Notes: generated by a model from the sequence alone, not told the origin. DNA of 64,000 bases from Octopus vulgaris (GCA_951406725.2 OX597837.1:43152001-43216000), one strand, 5' to 3'. Positions 1 through 13,788 are shown, counted from the stretch's first letter. Numbers and translations: made by a program.

Positions 1-129
1 GGAGAGTCCAAGCGCAATCTCTACCTAGTGGCTTTAGTCATTGTGCTTTAGCTTCGTTACTATGGCAACAGTCCGGATACTTATTGATCAGACCTCGTAT
101 GCAAAGTGTGCCCGACAAGTCATATCTCT

Positions 130-476
130 TTCTTTCTCTCTTTACTTGTTTCAGTCATTTGACTACGGCCATGCTGGAGCACCGCCTTTAGTCGAGCAAA
201 TCGACCCCGGGACTTATTCTTTGTAAGCCCGGTACTTATTCTATCGGTCTCTTTTGCCGAACCGCTAAGTGACGGGGACGTAAACACACCAGCATCGGTT
301 GTCAAGCAATGCTAGGGGGACAAACACAGACACACACACGCACATATATATATATATATGCATATATACGACAGGCTTCTTTCAGTTTCCGTCTACCAAA
401 TCCACTCACACGGCAAGATGCCCGGAACCATGTGGTTGGTTAGCAAGCTACTTACCACACAGCCACTCCTGCGCCT
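130..476 (-). mobile_element. tRNA-headed SINE family A (internal microsatellite), internally deleted copy
   Basis: Reverse complement of the full copy at 60950-61360: head GGCGCAGGAGTGGCTGTGTGGTAAG, internal (TA)/(TG) tract, tail GGCGGTGCTCCAGCATGGCC..CAAATGACTGAAACAAGTAAA. Confidence 0.9.
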
Positions 477-699
477 ATATATTGTGAATAGAAATGCACT
501 TTAAGTAACAAATTTAAAAACATTATTTAATACAACAATATTTCTTTACTGTAATGAAACTTTTCCGATTTAGCCGTAAGCAACACCGAATAAATATTAA
601 TATATTCCTTATTCTAAATACTTCTAGCATTTGACAATATCACTACTCCAGCAGTAATATGGTTTACATTTCCTTAAATCTAAATCTAAAAGTAGTGTT

Positions 700-978
700 G
701 TGTATATGCATATATGTGTATGAGTGTGTGTTTGTGTGTGTCTGCGTGCGTGTGTTTGTGTGTGTGTGTGTGTGCGTATGTGTGTGTATGTGTGTATATG
801 TGTATGCGTGTGTTTGTGTGTATCTGCGTGTATGTGTTTCTGTGCGAATGTATGTGTGTGTACGTGCGTGTGTGCATGTATGTTTGTGTCTGTGTGTGTG
901 TGCGCGCGTGCGTATGTCTGTGCGTGTGTTTGTGTGGGTGTGTGTATACACACATTTAAACTTATATATATATATATT
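700..978. repeat. compound (TG)n/(TA)n microsatellite
   Basis: Degenerate dinucleotide run; source of several spurious ORFs. Confidence 0.95.
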
Positions 979-1020
979 TAGAGATTTGCATATGTACACA
1001 CATGGCCGTGTAGTAAGTGT

Positions 1021-1318
1021 AGGCGCAGGCGTGGCTGTGTGGTCAGAAACTTGCTTCCCAAGTCCCCACCATAAGGTTCCAGGTTCCATCCCGCTGCACG
1101 ACACCTTGGACAAGTGTCTTCTACTATAGCCTCATGCTGACCAAAGCCTTGTTAGTGGATTCGGTCGGCGGAAACTGAAAGAAGCGTGTGTGTGTGTCCC
1201 CTTTACAACTCGGCAACCGGGATATTTACGTCTCCGTAAACTAGCAGTTCGGTCGCCACGAACCCGGAACCATGTGGTTGGTAAGCAAGCTACTTACCAC
1301 ACAGCCACTCCTGCGCCT
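1021..1318. mobile_element. SINE A + strand copy (1021-1255) fused to an inverted SINE A head (1256-1318)
   Basis: Starts AGGCGCAGGCGTGGCTGTGTGGT and ends ACCACACAGCCACTCCTGCGCCT, the reverse complement of the head. Confidence 0.8.
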
Positions 1319-1336
1319 ACTATATTTATATATATA

Positions 1337-1612
1337 CTCTTTTACTCTCTCTCTTTTACTTGTTTCAGTCATTTGACTGCGGCCATGCTGGAGCACCGCC
1401 TTTAATCGAGCAACTCGACCCCGGGACTTATTCTTTTGTAAGTCCAGTACTTATTCTATCAGTCTCTTTTGCCGAACCGCTAAGTAACGGGGACATAAAC
1501 ACACCAGCATCGTTTGTCAAGCAATGCTAGGGGGACAAATACAGACACACAAACACACATACGCATACATATATATATACATATATATATATATATTAAT
1601 GTATATATATTA

Positions 1613-1654
<42 letters not shown>

Positions 1655-1674
1655 TGCCCAAGGTACCACGCAGT
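1337..1674 (-). mobile_element. SINE family A, 3' half plus part of 5' half
   Basis: Tail TTTTACTTGTTTCAGTCATTTGACTGCGGCCATGCTGGAGCACCGCC, internal microsatellite, then TGCCCAAGGTACCACGCAGT. Confidence 0.85.
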
Positions 1675-1726
1675 AATATATATATATATATATAACCATG
1701 TATATATATATATATATAATATATAT

Positions 1727-1834
<108 letters not shown>

Positions 1835-2025
1835 GGTTCATAAATGTGTGTGTATAAATACGTATGCATAAAATTCGTGCGTGCATTTGGTTGCACATCA
1901 GTGTGACGCGTATGTTTTCAGCGTGCGTGTGTGTGCATACGTATATCGAAACGAATATTCATCCACCCACACAACAAACCAGCCAGCCAGCCAACAAAAC
2001 AGGCTGGCTGATAACTGAAAGGAGC

Positions 2026-2516
2026 ACACACACATACACATACACATACATACACACATACACACATACATACATACATACATACATACACATACATACA
2101 TACACACATACATACATACATACATACATACATACATACATAAATACATACATACATACATACATACATACATACATACATACATACATACATACATACA
2201 TACATACATACATACATACATACATACATACATACATACATACATACATACATACATACATAAATACATACATACATACATACATACATACATACAACCA
2301 TACATACATACATACATACATACATACATACATACATACACATACATACATACATACATACATACATACATACAACCACATACATACATACATACATACA
2401 TACATACATACATACATACATACATACATACATACATACATACATACATACATACATACATACATACATACATACATACATACATACATACATACATACA
2501 TACATACATACATACA

Positions 2517-2552
<36 letters not shown>

Positions 2553-2799
2553 CATACATACATACATACATATATACATACATACATACATACATACATA
2601 CATACATACATACATACATACATACATACATACATACATACATACATACATACATACATACATACATACATACATACATACATACATACATACATACATA
2701 CATACATACATACATACATACACACATACATACATACATACATACATACATACATACATACATACATACATACATACATACATACATACATACATACAT

Positions 2800-2834
<35 letters not shown>

Positions 2835-3092
2835 TACATACATACATACATACATACATACATACATACATACATACATACATACATACATACATACATA
2901 CATACACACATACATACATACATACATACATACATACACACATACATACATGCACACACACACACACACACTCACACATACATACATACATACATACACA
3001 CATACATACATACACACATACATACATACACACATACATACATACATACATACATACATACATACGTACACACATACATTCATACATACATA
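2026..3092. repeat. ~1.07 kb (TACA)n tetranucleotide microsatellite
   Basis: Near-pure CATA repeat. Confidence 0.98.
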
Positions 3093-3382
3093 TTAGGTTT
3101 GATTTCATTCCGTTTTTACATTTCAATTAGCAGAAATGTGTAAATTCTTCGTTGAAAACGTGATAGAAAAGCCGAGGTGACACGTCAAAGCTCTTCCTAC
3201 ACTTTGACTTTTAGTGAAGCTCTGCACGAAAATTATGCCACTCACCTTACTTTCTTCTCTTGTATTGGAAGCAACCGCGGAGATGTAATGAAGACTCAGC
3301 TAGTTTATTAACAAATTGCTAATGAATAACGGAAGGAAGGAAAGGGGGAATTTCGTGTTGTGTCACCTTCGTTATATATGTG

Positions 3383-3444
<62 letters not shown>

Positions 3445-3502
3445 AATATATATATGTATATAAGTATATATATATATATATATATGTAAATATATATATG
3501 TA

Positions 3503-3547
<45 letters not shown>

Positions 3548-3558
3548 CATACACATAC

Positions 3559-3589
<31 letters not shown>

Positions 3590-3673
3590 CATACATACAT
3601 GCATAAATACATGTATGTATGTATGTATTTATGAATGTATGTACGTATGTATGTATGTATGTATGTATGTATG

Positions 3674-3711
<38 letters not shown>

Positions 3712-3716
<5 letters not shown>

Positions 3717-3848
3717 ATAGAAATGGTAAGACAACAAAAGAATGAAAGACACCTCGATATTATGTAAATAGAGGAAATTTATCTGTAGTCAGGATAAAAC
3801 TATAAGTTTCGGATGCCGAGGTGGAAATCCACGCCGCCATCCATTCAA
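3712..3848 (-). mobile_element. PLE-derived short element (family D) with degenerate hammerhead motif
   Basis: Homologous to 21361-21517 and 59401-59460. Minus strand reads GGATGGCGGCGTGGATTTCCACCTCGGCATCC-GAAA-CTTATAG-TT-TTATCC; abuts (TA)n. Confidence 0.6.
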
Positions 3849-4271
3849 GAAGAAGAAGAAGAAGAAGAAGAAGAAGAAGAAGAAGAAGAACCTAGGTGAT
3901 GCGAGTCTAAGGGTGAGCACGTAGTTTAATGTGGCTCGTGGCAAAGGAAGAAAATATGACCAACACTAAAGAAGGCTGGAAGGAATGAAAATTGAAATGT
4001 ATCAAAGCAAAAAAGAAAAAAACTGATAATGAAACTGAAAGATATCGAAAAGGAGGAGGAGGAGGAGGAGGGCGCCAACGATGTCAACTAAGATGATTAT
4101 GATAAATAATGATGATTATGATGGCTATGATCAATGTTGTTGCAGCTGTTGGTGATGATGATGATGATGATGATGATTAGAGGGAGGACAATCTAGGTAT
4201 AATGAAGGCAGGGGAAAACAATTCCCTCGCACCAATATGTACTTCATATGTACTACAAAGACACGTACTGC

Positions 4272-4305
<34 letters not shown>

Positions 4306-4327
4306 TAACTAGAGCAGTAATACTAAC

Positions 4328-4568
4328 ACATACATACATACATACATACATACATACATACATAAATACATACATACATACATACATACATACATACATA
4401 CATACACACATACATACATACATACATACACACACATACATACATACATACATACATACATACATACATACATACATACACACATACATACATACATACA
4501 TACATACATACATACATACATACATACATACATACATACATACATACATACATACATACATACATACA
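4328..4568. repeat. (TACA)n microsatellite
   Basis: Direct reading. Confidence 0.97.
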
Positions 4569-5024
4569 TGTAATTGCTTTATCAGAGTCATGCGCTCCTG
4601 AGAAAAATTATATTTTTACAACTTTTTTTTTTTTTCAATTTAATCAAACTTAATTTTCGCAAAACTCTGATTGATATTTACGAGTAGCTGAAGGCAAGGA
4701 TTGATTACAATTTATTGTTTGTTTAATTCTGCATTTATTTATCAATATCACGTTGGTTTCATGACTTGCGTGAGAAAATATCTACTGGACTAATCAGCTA
4801 GTGAAAATGGTTCGGAACTTATCGAAGTGACAAGTTAAAATTAATTAAATTCATAAATGAAAAAAAAAAAAAATAGCTCAAATAACCAAGACTAGTTTCT
4901 GTGGTAGCTCTGATGGCGGTGCGATTGATAAAACTCATGAAACGTATCGAACGCACCTGAGAAAACAATTCGGTGCTGCGACCTCAATGCACAAAAATAT
5001 AACAGAATCGAAATTTAGAGCTTA

Positions 5025-5399
5025 CTAGCACTATGACCCGGCGTTGCCGAGTCATAGTACTAGTGCATGCATACACAGCTGCGTGCGTGCGTACATACAC
5101 GCGAGTACAGTCCAAATCTCCGACCAATCACATACAGCTAGCTGGCATTCAATTGGCGTATCAAGTTTCCGGCATTTTGATGGGGTTTTAGATAAAAAAA
5201 TTCACAAAAAAGTCACTTCTATTGATTTTTTAATAACTTTGCGTGGTGACTGGGGAAATGTAAAGATGTGCACGACCACCCTTGGACGGTTTTGAATGAT
5301 CATAGAAAGTGCGAGCTCTCTAACCGAAAAATTGTGGATTTGTATAAAGGATACACACACACACAGATAGACATTTTGCCGGTTATATATATATATAGA
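5025..5399 (-). mobile_element. non-autonomous Helitron
   Basis: Minus strand begins TCTATATATATA, contains a TGTC/TG tract, ends with a GC-rich hairpin and CTAG, and sits between A and T with no TSD: canonical Helitron termini. Confidence 0.8.
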
Positions 5400-5408
5400 T
5401 TTCTTAGG

Positions 5409-5687
5409 AGTAATGATTCTTTGCCAACATAACATGGCAGTACTGGTTTAGGACGAATATTGCTGTAATTCAGCCTCAGGAGACATCGTCTCCAGCTGGC
5501 TATACAACATGATCTGTCTCACATTTTCGAACAAGGGAATCTAGCACACCCACTCAGCTTGTTCGAAAATATAAGGACACAGAACTTGTCGTATAGCCAG
5601 CTGCAGACGATGTCTCCTGAGGCTAAATTACAGCAATATTCGTGTTAAACCAGGACTGCCATGTTATGTTGGCAAACAATATTTACT
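5409..5687. mobile_element. foldback / MITE-like element, ~125 bp imperfect inverted arms
   Basis: TTTGCCAACATAACATGGCAGT..CCTCAGGAGACATCGTCT..TTTTCGAACAAG is mirrored by CTTGTTCGAAAA..AGACGATGTCTCCTGAGG..ACTGCCATGTTATGTTGGCAAA. Confidence 0.85.
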
Positions 5688-5946
5688 ACAAAGTACTGTT
5701 GCTCAATATCTCTCGTTGTCAGATTTAAAAATAGTAATTTCCTAATTTACACCGTAGGTTGAAACAAATGAAGTTATTATAAAAGCTATGAGTGTATCAT
5801 ACTTAATGCAAAAACATCACGAATAGTTAAACCAACCGCGGTATTCGCCCAGAGGTCATATTCCATGTGGAGGTACTGTATTCAAAAACACAAATTCATC
5901 AGTGACTCAAGTTCAAACAATTGATATCATTTCAAAAGTAATCAAG

Positions 5947-6189
5947 AGGCGTAGGAGTGGCTGTGTGGTAAGTAGCTTGCTTACTAATCACATAGTTGCA
6001 GGTTCAGTTCCACGGCGTGGCACCTTGGGCAAGTGTCTTCTACTATAGCCTCAGGGCGACCAAAGCCTTGTAAGTGGATTTGGCAGACGGAAACTGAAAG
6101 AAGCCCATCATATATATATACATACATATATATATGTGTGTGTATATATATAGGTATGTATGTATGTGTGTATCTGTGTTTGTCCCCCT
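5947..6189 (+). mobile_element. SINE family A, 5' half
   Basis: AGGCGTAGGAGTGGCTGTGTGGTAAGTAGCTTGC..GACGGAAACTGAAAGAAGCCC, microsatellite, TGTTTGTCCCCC. Confidence 0.9.
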
Positions 6190-6317
6190 CCTCCTTCTTG
6201 TTCCTGTTCTTGTTCTTCTTCTCTTTCATCGTCAGTGTCTTCGTCATCATCATCATCGTCATCATCATCATCATTATTATCGCGTGAGAGAGAGAGAGAG
6301 AGAGCTGCATGCCAATA

Positions 6318-6403
6318 CACACTCACAACGCCCGGTCTGGGAATCGAAACCACGATCCTACAATCACCAGTCCGCTGCCCCAACCACTGGGCCATTGCGC
6401 CAC
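6318..6403 (-). mobile_element. tRNA-like head of SINE family B
   Basis: Reverse complement GGCGCAATGGCCCAGTGGTT..GGTTTCGATTCCCAGACCGGGCG (A/B-box-like); matches 23611. Confidence 0.8.
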
Positions 6404-6421
6404 CACACCCGTTATATACTG

Positions 6422-6544
<123 letters not shown>

Positions 6545-6841
6545 CACCTCAAAAATTGATATCTATGACTTTGTGGCAGTACAATAAATTATTAAAGTTC
6601 GTTTTGGTTTTAGTACAATAGTTCGTTTCTGTATTTTGAAACGAAATTGGTTTCAGTAATATTACAGATGAAACGTGAAGTGAAAGTATTGATTGGTTGA
6701 ACGAACAACAAAATAAAATCTATATTATATTCATAAATTACACGAGAATATCTCGCGTGTATGCATAATCGTGTACATACTGTCTCACAGTATTGTCAAT
6801 ATATATTTAAGATATACGTATATATATATAATATATATATA

Positions 6842-6883
<42 letters not shown>

Positions 6884-7111
6884 GTATATATATAAATGTA
6901 TGTATATATATATTATATATATATACATGTATATATATATATATACATATATATAATATTCATATATATATGTAATATATATATGTACGTACATTATTTA
7001 TATATATATATATATATATACATAGGTATATATGTCTACATATATATATATATATATATACATATATACATATATACATATATACGTGTATATATATACA
7101 CACACATATAC

Positions 7112-7142
<31 letters not shown>

Positions 7143-7699
7143 CATACACACACACACTCGTATACACACGCACAAACACACACTCATGCACACACACACT
7201 CACACACACACACTCACACACACACGCACACATACACACACAAACACACACACATATAGATATGTATGTATGTATATATGCATGTATGTATTTGCGTGTG
7301 AGAGAACTGGTGTTTTAACATTGCCAGCACGTTCTCAATGGCCGAGACCGTTGTTATAATGATTAGAAGAAACGGGAAAGTGACATACGGACACGATGGG
7401 TCAAAGGTTATGGCGAATGTGATTTGAAAAGCGCCATCGTAGAGTTATCGTAGAATTTTCACGCAAACCTCTCGAAAATATTTGGAGTAGAGTAACCGAC
7501 GTTTAATTGTACTGCAAGAAAGTGTTTACGTAAAATATAAGTTATAGATTGTATTTTTGTTGTGTCCATAGAAGGGTGTTGGAGATGGTGGTGGTGGTGG
7601 TGGTGGAGTGGTGGTGGTAGTGGTGGTAGTGGTGGTGGCGGGGAAAGGCTCGATGAGGGCCCACAATGTGAACGTTGCATCTTTTGGATTCGATTGCAA

Positions 7700-7897
7700 G
7701 AGAAAGAGAAAGAGAGAGAGAGAGAGAGGGAGTGACAGAGATATATTAATAAATCGATAGACTGATAGATAGATAGACAGATAGATAGAGTGAGAGGGGA
7801 GGGAGAGAGTGAGAGAGAATAGATAGACAGTTGACAGAGAGAGAGAGAGAGTGAGAGAGAGAGGGAGGAAAGAAAATAGGAGAGAGGAAGGGAAGAG
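7700..7897 (+). promoter_or_regulatory. GA-rich tract upstream of candidate first coding exon
   Basis: (GA)n/(GATA)n polypurine block directly upstream of TE-free sequence holding a candidate exon; regulatory role is inference only. Confidence 0.25.
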
Positions 7898-8095
7898 GCG
7901 TTTTTCCTGAGTGGGGCAGCGAGGACTGAACTAAATCTTCACCTACCGAAGGGTTCCGATTGCCGTCTTTTATCAACCATATCCAAGTTGAGGTAGTTTC
8001 AGCTGCCGTGTCTAACTCTTTGATGGTTTTCTTGGTTTGTCTGTGTGCAGGAAATAGCGCAGAGACAATACTGGAACGCACGGCAGCCGACTTCA

Positions 8096-8177
8096 ATGAG
8101 GAATGAGGTTGCGTGCCATCCCTTGACAAGGGCCTTATCGACTAATCCTAAAATTGCTACAGAAATATCAAGATATG
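8096..8177 (+). CDS. candidate first coding exon (exon 8051-8177) of an unidentified gene: MRNEVACHPLTRALSTNPKIATEISRY, phase-1 end
   Basis: Branch-like TCTAAC (~8010), acceptor TTTTCTTGGTTTGTCTGTGTGCAG| at 8050, strong donor ATG|GTAAGA at 8177/8178, open frame, phase matches exon 31665. Confidence 0.45.
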
Positions 8178-8736
8178 GTAAGAAAGGAGGAGTCAAATGT
8201 AAAGTTGAGCTCACCAGAGGAAGACAAGGCGAAGGTAGAAAACAAAGTAATAGAGTATAGAACGTTTCCAAAGAAAAATAAGAGATTTGGGAATGCAACG
8301 AAGGAGGAGATGAAAGAATGCCAAAAGGAATTCAAAGAAAACATAACGTTTTTTCTAAAAAAAGGAAAAAAGATACGCTTCAGTGGCGGTCACATTTGTT
8401 TCAGAAGAGTTGGCAAAATGATACGCCACTAAGATAGTAACTGGAGAAAAATGGACACTTCTGTCCAATTATCAGGGTAAAAGAGCTACTAGGATTAAGG
8501 TGGGCAGGATCCCGCCGATAATCGAGCCAGAGTGGATATTCGCAGCAATTTTCACCACAAAAGAGGAAGAAGACAACGAAACAGTGAGTTTAATTATGTT
8601 AACCCGGACCCAACAAGTAAATTGATGGAGGTTAGGGTAAGAGGTCATTTTTGCGGCAGATCAGAGATTATACGAAGCAATAGTGGTCTTGGGCCAAAAT
8701 TTGTATTTATCACTTCAGGGTTTAATAAATAAAGTA

Positions 8737-8953
8737 CGAGGGGGTGCTGAAAAGTTCCTGACTTTGGGTAAAAGAAAATACAGGAGGATCAGTTAATAAT
8801 GATTTTATTCAACACATTCCCCTCTCAGATTCACACACTTATTGCAGCGGTCCTTCAGTTTTTCCAAGCCCAACGAAAGAACTCGGAAGTTTAGATCTCC
8901 AACCAAACCTTTCGCGACACCCTTAAAGCCAGGAACTTTTCATCATCAACTCG
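8737..8953. mobile_element. mariner-type MITE
   Basis: TIRs CGAGGGGGTGCTGAAAAGTTCCTGACTTT / AAAGCCAGGAACTTTTCATCATCAACTCG flanked by TA on both sides. Confidence 0.85.
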
Positions 8954-8975
8954 TACTTGTCTTATACTAGATACT

Positions 8976-9070
8976 TCTGTGTCTTTGTCTGTCTCTCTAT
9001 CTACTTCTCTGTCTCTCTATCTATTTCTCTGTCTCTCTATCTGTTTCTCTGCCTCTCTCTCTCTATCTCT
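8976..9070. repeat. ~20-bp tandem repeat (TCTGTCTCTCTATCTAYTTC-like), about 4 copies
   Basis: Direct reading. Confidence 0.75.
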
Positions 9071-9424
9071 AGCTCCTCCCCTATCACAATTTGTTATAAC
9101 TAGTAAAATAAGTTTCTATGCGCAATCGTAGTAGAAGTTGTAGTAGTATTAGTTTCAGGTTTGTGAAAACGGTATCATTCTCAGGAAAATAGAATTAAAA
9201 AAAATAATCCACAAAAATTGAGAAAAATAAAATTAAACCAAAAAATATAACCGTGATTGATAAAAAAATTTATATAAAAAATTTTGATTTAACTGAAGGA
9301 AAAAGTGGGGGGGGGGGCGAGGGGGGAGTCATAAGTTCCTAAGTAAATAAATATTTAAAAAAAATAATAAATAAAAATAATAAATAAATAAACGTGAAGA
9401 AGTGAAATTAACAGGAAGCCGATA

Positions 9425-9679
9425 CAAACAACAACAAAAACAAAAACAACAACTAATACTACTACTGCCACCACCACCACCACTATTAATATTACTACAA
9501 CCACCACCACCACCACCACCACTACCACCACCACCACCACTACCACTACCACCACCACCACCACCACAACTACTACTACTACTACTACTACTATCACCAC
9601 CACCACCACCACCACCACCACCACCACCACCACCACCACCACCACCACCACCACCACCACCACTACCGCTACTACAGCA

Positions 9680-9711
<32 letters not shown>

Positions 9712-9712
9712 C

Positions 9713-9771
<59 letters not shown>

Positions 9772-9797
9772 AACAACAACAACAACAATAACAACAG
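9425..9797. repeat. compound (CCA)/(CTA)/(CAA) trinucleotide repeat
   Basis: Direct reading; yields poly-P/L/Q, poly-G/S and poly-V artefact ORFs. Confidence 0.95.
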
Positions 9798-10003
9798 CAT
9801 TTGTAAGAGCAACAAAGAAACGGTAAATAAGAACAACAAAAGAATAATAAGTTTGACAACCGAACCAAATCGAATGTTTAATTAATTCCTGAAATGGTAA
9901 ATTGGAAACTCCATTCAGGAAGACAACTAATGACATGGTCGTTTTGTCACGATCGGCCATTGGGAAGTGGGTGTATATATGTATACATGCGTACGTACAT
10001 ACA

Positions 10004-10038
<35 letters not shown>

Positions 10039-10100
10039 CCGTATCTCTCTCTCTATAAATATATATATATATGTCTATATTTATACATACACACACACAC

Positions 10101-10166
<66 letters not shown>

Positions 10167-10378
10167 ATGTATGCGTATACATTTATTGCACACGAATTAT
10201 ATCGATTTTGGTTTTATTTGAGTCATTGGTCTGAAGCCACTTCGGTTCATCGCTTTGAAGGTTTTAGTCGAACAAATCGCTCACAAAACTGATTTAACTC
10301 TGGTATGTACTTTATCAATCACTTATTGACGAACCGCATGTTTGTGTGTATATATATATGTATGGATCTCTATCTCTT

Positions 10379-10433
<55 letters not shown>

Positions 10434-10437
<4 letters not shown>

Positions 10438-10597
10438 AGAGTTTAGGAAAAAAACAAAAGACGAAGACAGGTGGCGTACAAAACAAACAAATGTATTAGT
10501 ATAACGCTCAGGAATAGAAAAAGTCTTTTACGTTTCGAGCCTACGCTCTTCTACAGAAAGGAACACAGAAAAAAAGCAAGGAGAGAAAGAAAAGGAG

Positions 10598-10633
<36 letters not shown>

Positions 10634-10660
10634 CGCCTTTTTTTTCTCTCTTTGCTTTAT
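10434..10660 (-). mobile_element. PLE-derived short element with variant hammerhead motif and partial inversion
   Basis: Minus 10560-10525: CTTT-CTGTAGA-A-GAGC-GTAG-GCTC-GAAA-CG-TA-AAAG; 10572-10602 is inverted at 10628-10658 across (TA)n. Confidence 0.55.
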
Positions 10661-11220
10661 ATATATATATATATATATATATATGCATACATACATATAT
10701 ATGATAGATAGATGCAGTTTCACGGTCGTAAGCAGTCCTTCAGTTTTCATTCAGAAAACCCTTTATATTTCTTCACCACTCCAAAATCTTTGTGAGACTA
10801 CACATCAATGACGGGGTCTCATAAGATCGAAGAATGCTCGGGGTTACTTCCCTTCCCTTTCTGAAAAACATTGTCACATAGAAAAGAAACGTTCACATAA
10901 TTAAGGATGTAGTTTTAATTAATCAAATTTACCTGACCATATTACTAAACGACCACATTACTATTGAGTTTTCATGCAGAAGATGTCCCTTAGTTAGTTC
11001 ATCCCAATCATAATTTTCTTTGTGCTTTTTTCATTGAACATCTTCCGTTACATTCCCAATATACGTCTCTGTAACGCCCATGCTGGTGCACCGCGTTGGA
11101 GAATTTTAGTCGAATAAATCGGCCCCAGTACTTACTCTATTGGACTATTTTGCCGTTTTCAGTTGTGGTGGTGGTGGTGGTGGAGCAAACATAGTCACAC
11201 ATACACACACACACACACAC

Positions 11221-11272
<52 letters not shown>

Positions 11273-11282
11273 GTAGGACAGG

Positions 11283-11945
11283 CACTACCCAACTCAACTC
11301 ATAAATGAAGGAATTGAACGTGCAAAATCGATTAGTATTAAAACATTAAGAAAAGCTAAACACAACATCAACCCTCAAAGCACTACCACATACAACCCCA
11401 GAAACAAAGAAGCATTCAATACCATCGTCCAAAATCTTCCAATACTACATAGGGACCCCAAACTTAAGGAAATTCTACGTAACCATAAAATCCTTAAGAG
11501 CAGCAAACAGCCTAAGTCATTGAAGAAGATTCTCACTAATGCCAAACTATTCTCTAGAACAACAGATGCAAGAGTCGTTAAGTGTGGTCGCCTTAATCGC
11601 GGAACACGTCCCAATCTGTTGGAAGGATCGGAATTCCATTTCAGACAAGGGTAAATATCCAAAATGAAATCTAACTTCACTTGCCTCTCCCCAAAACCTC
11701 ATTTAAGAGCTGCAATTGAAACTATATTGGCTCGACAGGAGATTCCATCCGAAAGAAAAGTACGGTCCACAGAAAACAAATTCCCTCCACAAAATATCTC
11801 CAAATATACCTCAGTCATCATATTAGCGAATGTGCAGAACGGTTGCAACCACAATTGGTAATTTTCCCATTTTATCAACTTGCCTTCTGAACCTCAACAC
11901 AAATAAGACTGAATAAAGAAGCCTCATTTATCAAAAAATATAAAT
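11283..11945 (+). pseudogene. Penelope-like element ORF remnant (RT C-terminus, linker, GIY-YIG endonuclease)
   Basis: Manual translation: HYPTQLINEGIERAK..TTYNP..NLPILHRDPKLKEIL..KQPKSLKKILTNAK..KCGR..FTC, frameshift, NYIGSTG..VHRKQI..LSHHISEC..IFPFYQ..RLNKEASFIKKY; stops and frameshifts present. Confidence 0.85.
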
Positions 11946-12128
11946 AGAATTAAACATGAACACATATTAAAAATAAAGGATTTACCCCATTTAATGTGAG
12001 ATTTAAGCCAGAATAAAACAGAACACAAAACACAAAAAAATGAAGATTACAAATTTACCTCCCTTTTACTGCAAAATAAATAAGTGAATAATTACCTCCC
12101 CTAACAATATGTCTTTTTCAACTCACAG

Positions 12129-12158
12129 CTTGATGAACAATGCGAAACCGGTCCTTAA
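12129..12158 (+). ncRNA. degenerate hammerhead motif downstream of PLE ORF
   Basis: CTTGATGA-ACAATGC-GAAA-CCGG-TC: core boxes and palindromic stem III (ACCGGT); stems I/II decayed. Confidence 0.45.
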
Positions 12159-12274
12159 TTTAATTATGTTGAAAGAACAAAACCTTATTTTGTACAGAAT
12201 TGTATATCTTTATTATCATGGCTCTAATAGACACTTAAATCCTGTAAAACAAATCTTGTGGTTTTTTCCTCTTT

Positions 12275-12400
<126 letters not shown>

Positions 12401-12601
12401 CATACATATATATATATATGTGTGTGTATGTATGTATATATATGATAATAATAATAATAATAATAATTATTATTATTATTATTATTTGTAGGCGGAAGAA
12501 GTTACAGTGGTTAATGGGCCAAACCTTTCGTGGATTGCACATACACACATGCATAGACAGACACACGCTCGAGCAAGCACAAAACATGTACATACATACA
12601 C

Positions 12602-12638
<37 letters not shown>

Positions 12639-12646
12639 AGCCTATG

Positions 12647-12758
<112 letters not shown>

Positions 12759-13579
12759 TCTATTTGCCGTGCGCACGATATTCCACTCAAAATGCATTCA
12801 CCATACCCAAACGTATTGAACATACTTCCTGGGCACGAACCGAGAACAATGAGTTATCTTTATTCTAAGAAATCATTTATTCCTTTTATTGAATTTTTAC
12901 TTGAATAGAATCAGACAGTAGAATATTTATGAGAGAAGGAAATATTGCAGAATCAACCGCGGTCTTCCAAGAATTGGAAATATAATGAAGGAAGAACCAG
13001 GAAAACGCTTCGAACCTAACTATAAAATAGCGATTCAAATACCTTTATCGTAAATGTCTATTGTGCGGATTAAACAATGTGGATTTGTGAGCAGAATCTT
13101 AATCTTGTGGTCCTCGAAGGAATATGGACTTTACTTTTGAAAATTAAACGTGGTGGATTTGCTGCCTATTACGAGTGTCGGTATAAGGGCGTGACTTGTA
13201 GATATTGATAATTAAATAAATACATAGAAGCGTTTTAGACAGGCTTTCGTAACAAATTTTTGTTTATTGAACAAATAGCCACATATATCTATATATACTT
13301 ACGCACACCCAGTTACACACGCATATATATAGTGATTATGTATGTCTATATATATTATACATCAGTTTTGTATATATACGTTAAATATATATGTATGTAT
13401 GTATATATTTATTATGTATATGTTGCATATATGTTCATAACGGTACTCTAGCATGACCTCAGTCAAATGACTGAAGCAGGTAAACGAATAAAAGAATATA
13501 TACAATACATATATATATCCACACTCGTGAGTGCATGTATGTACTACATGTACACATTTTTATATATAGGTATATATAT

Positions 13580-13725
<146 letters not shown>

Positions 13726-13788
13726 TTAAATATATATGCATACTTACACATGCGTATATTTATTATATTTATATCTAGATATTTATAA

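Noticed and set aside
7993-8050. Possible 58-nt intron upstream of the first candidate exon
   Set aside because: Weak donor (GTAGTT) and an in-frame stop upstream; would affect only the UTR and cannot be supported.
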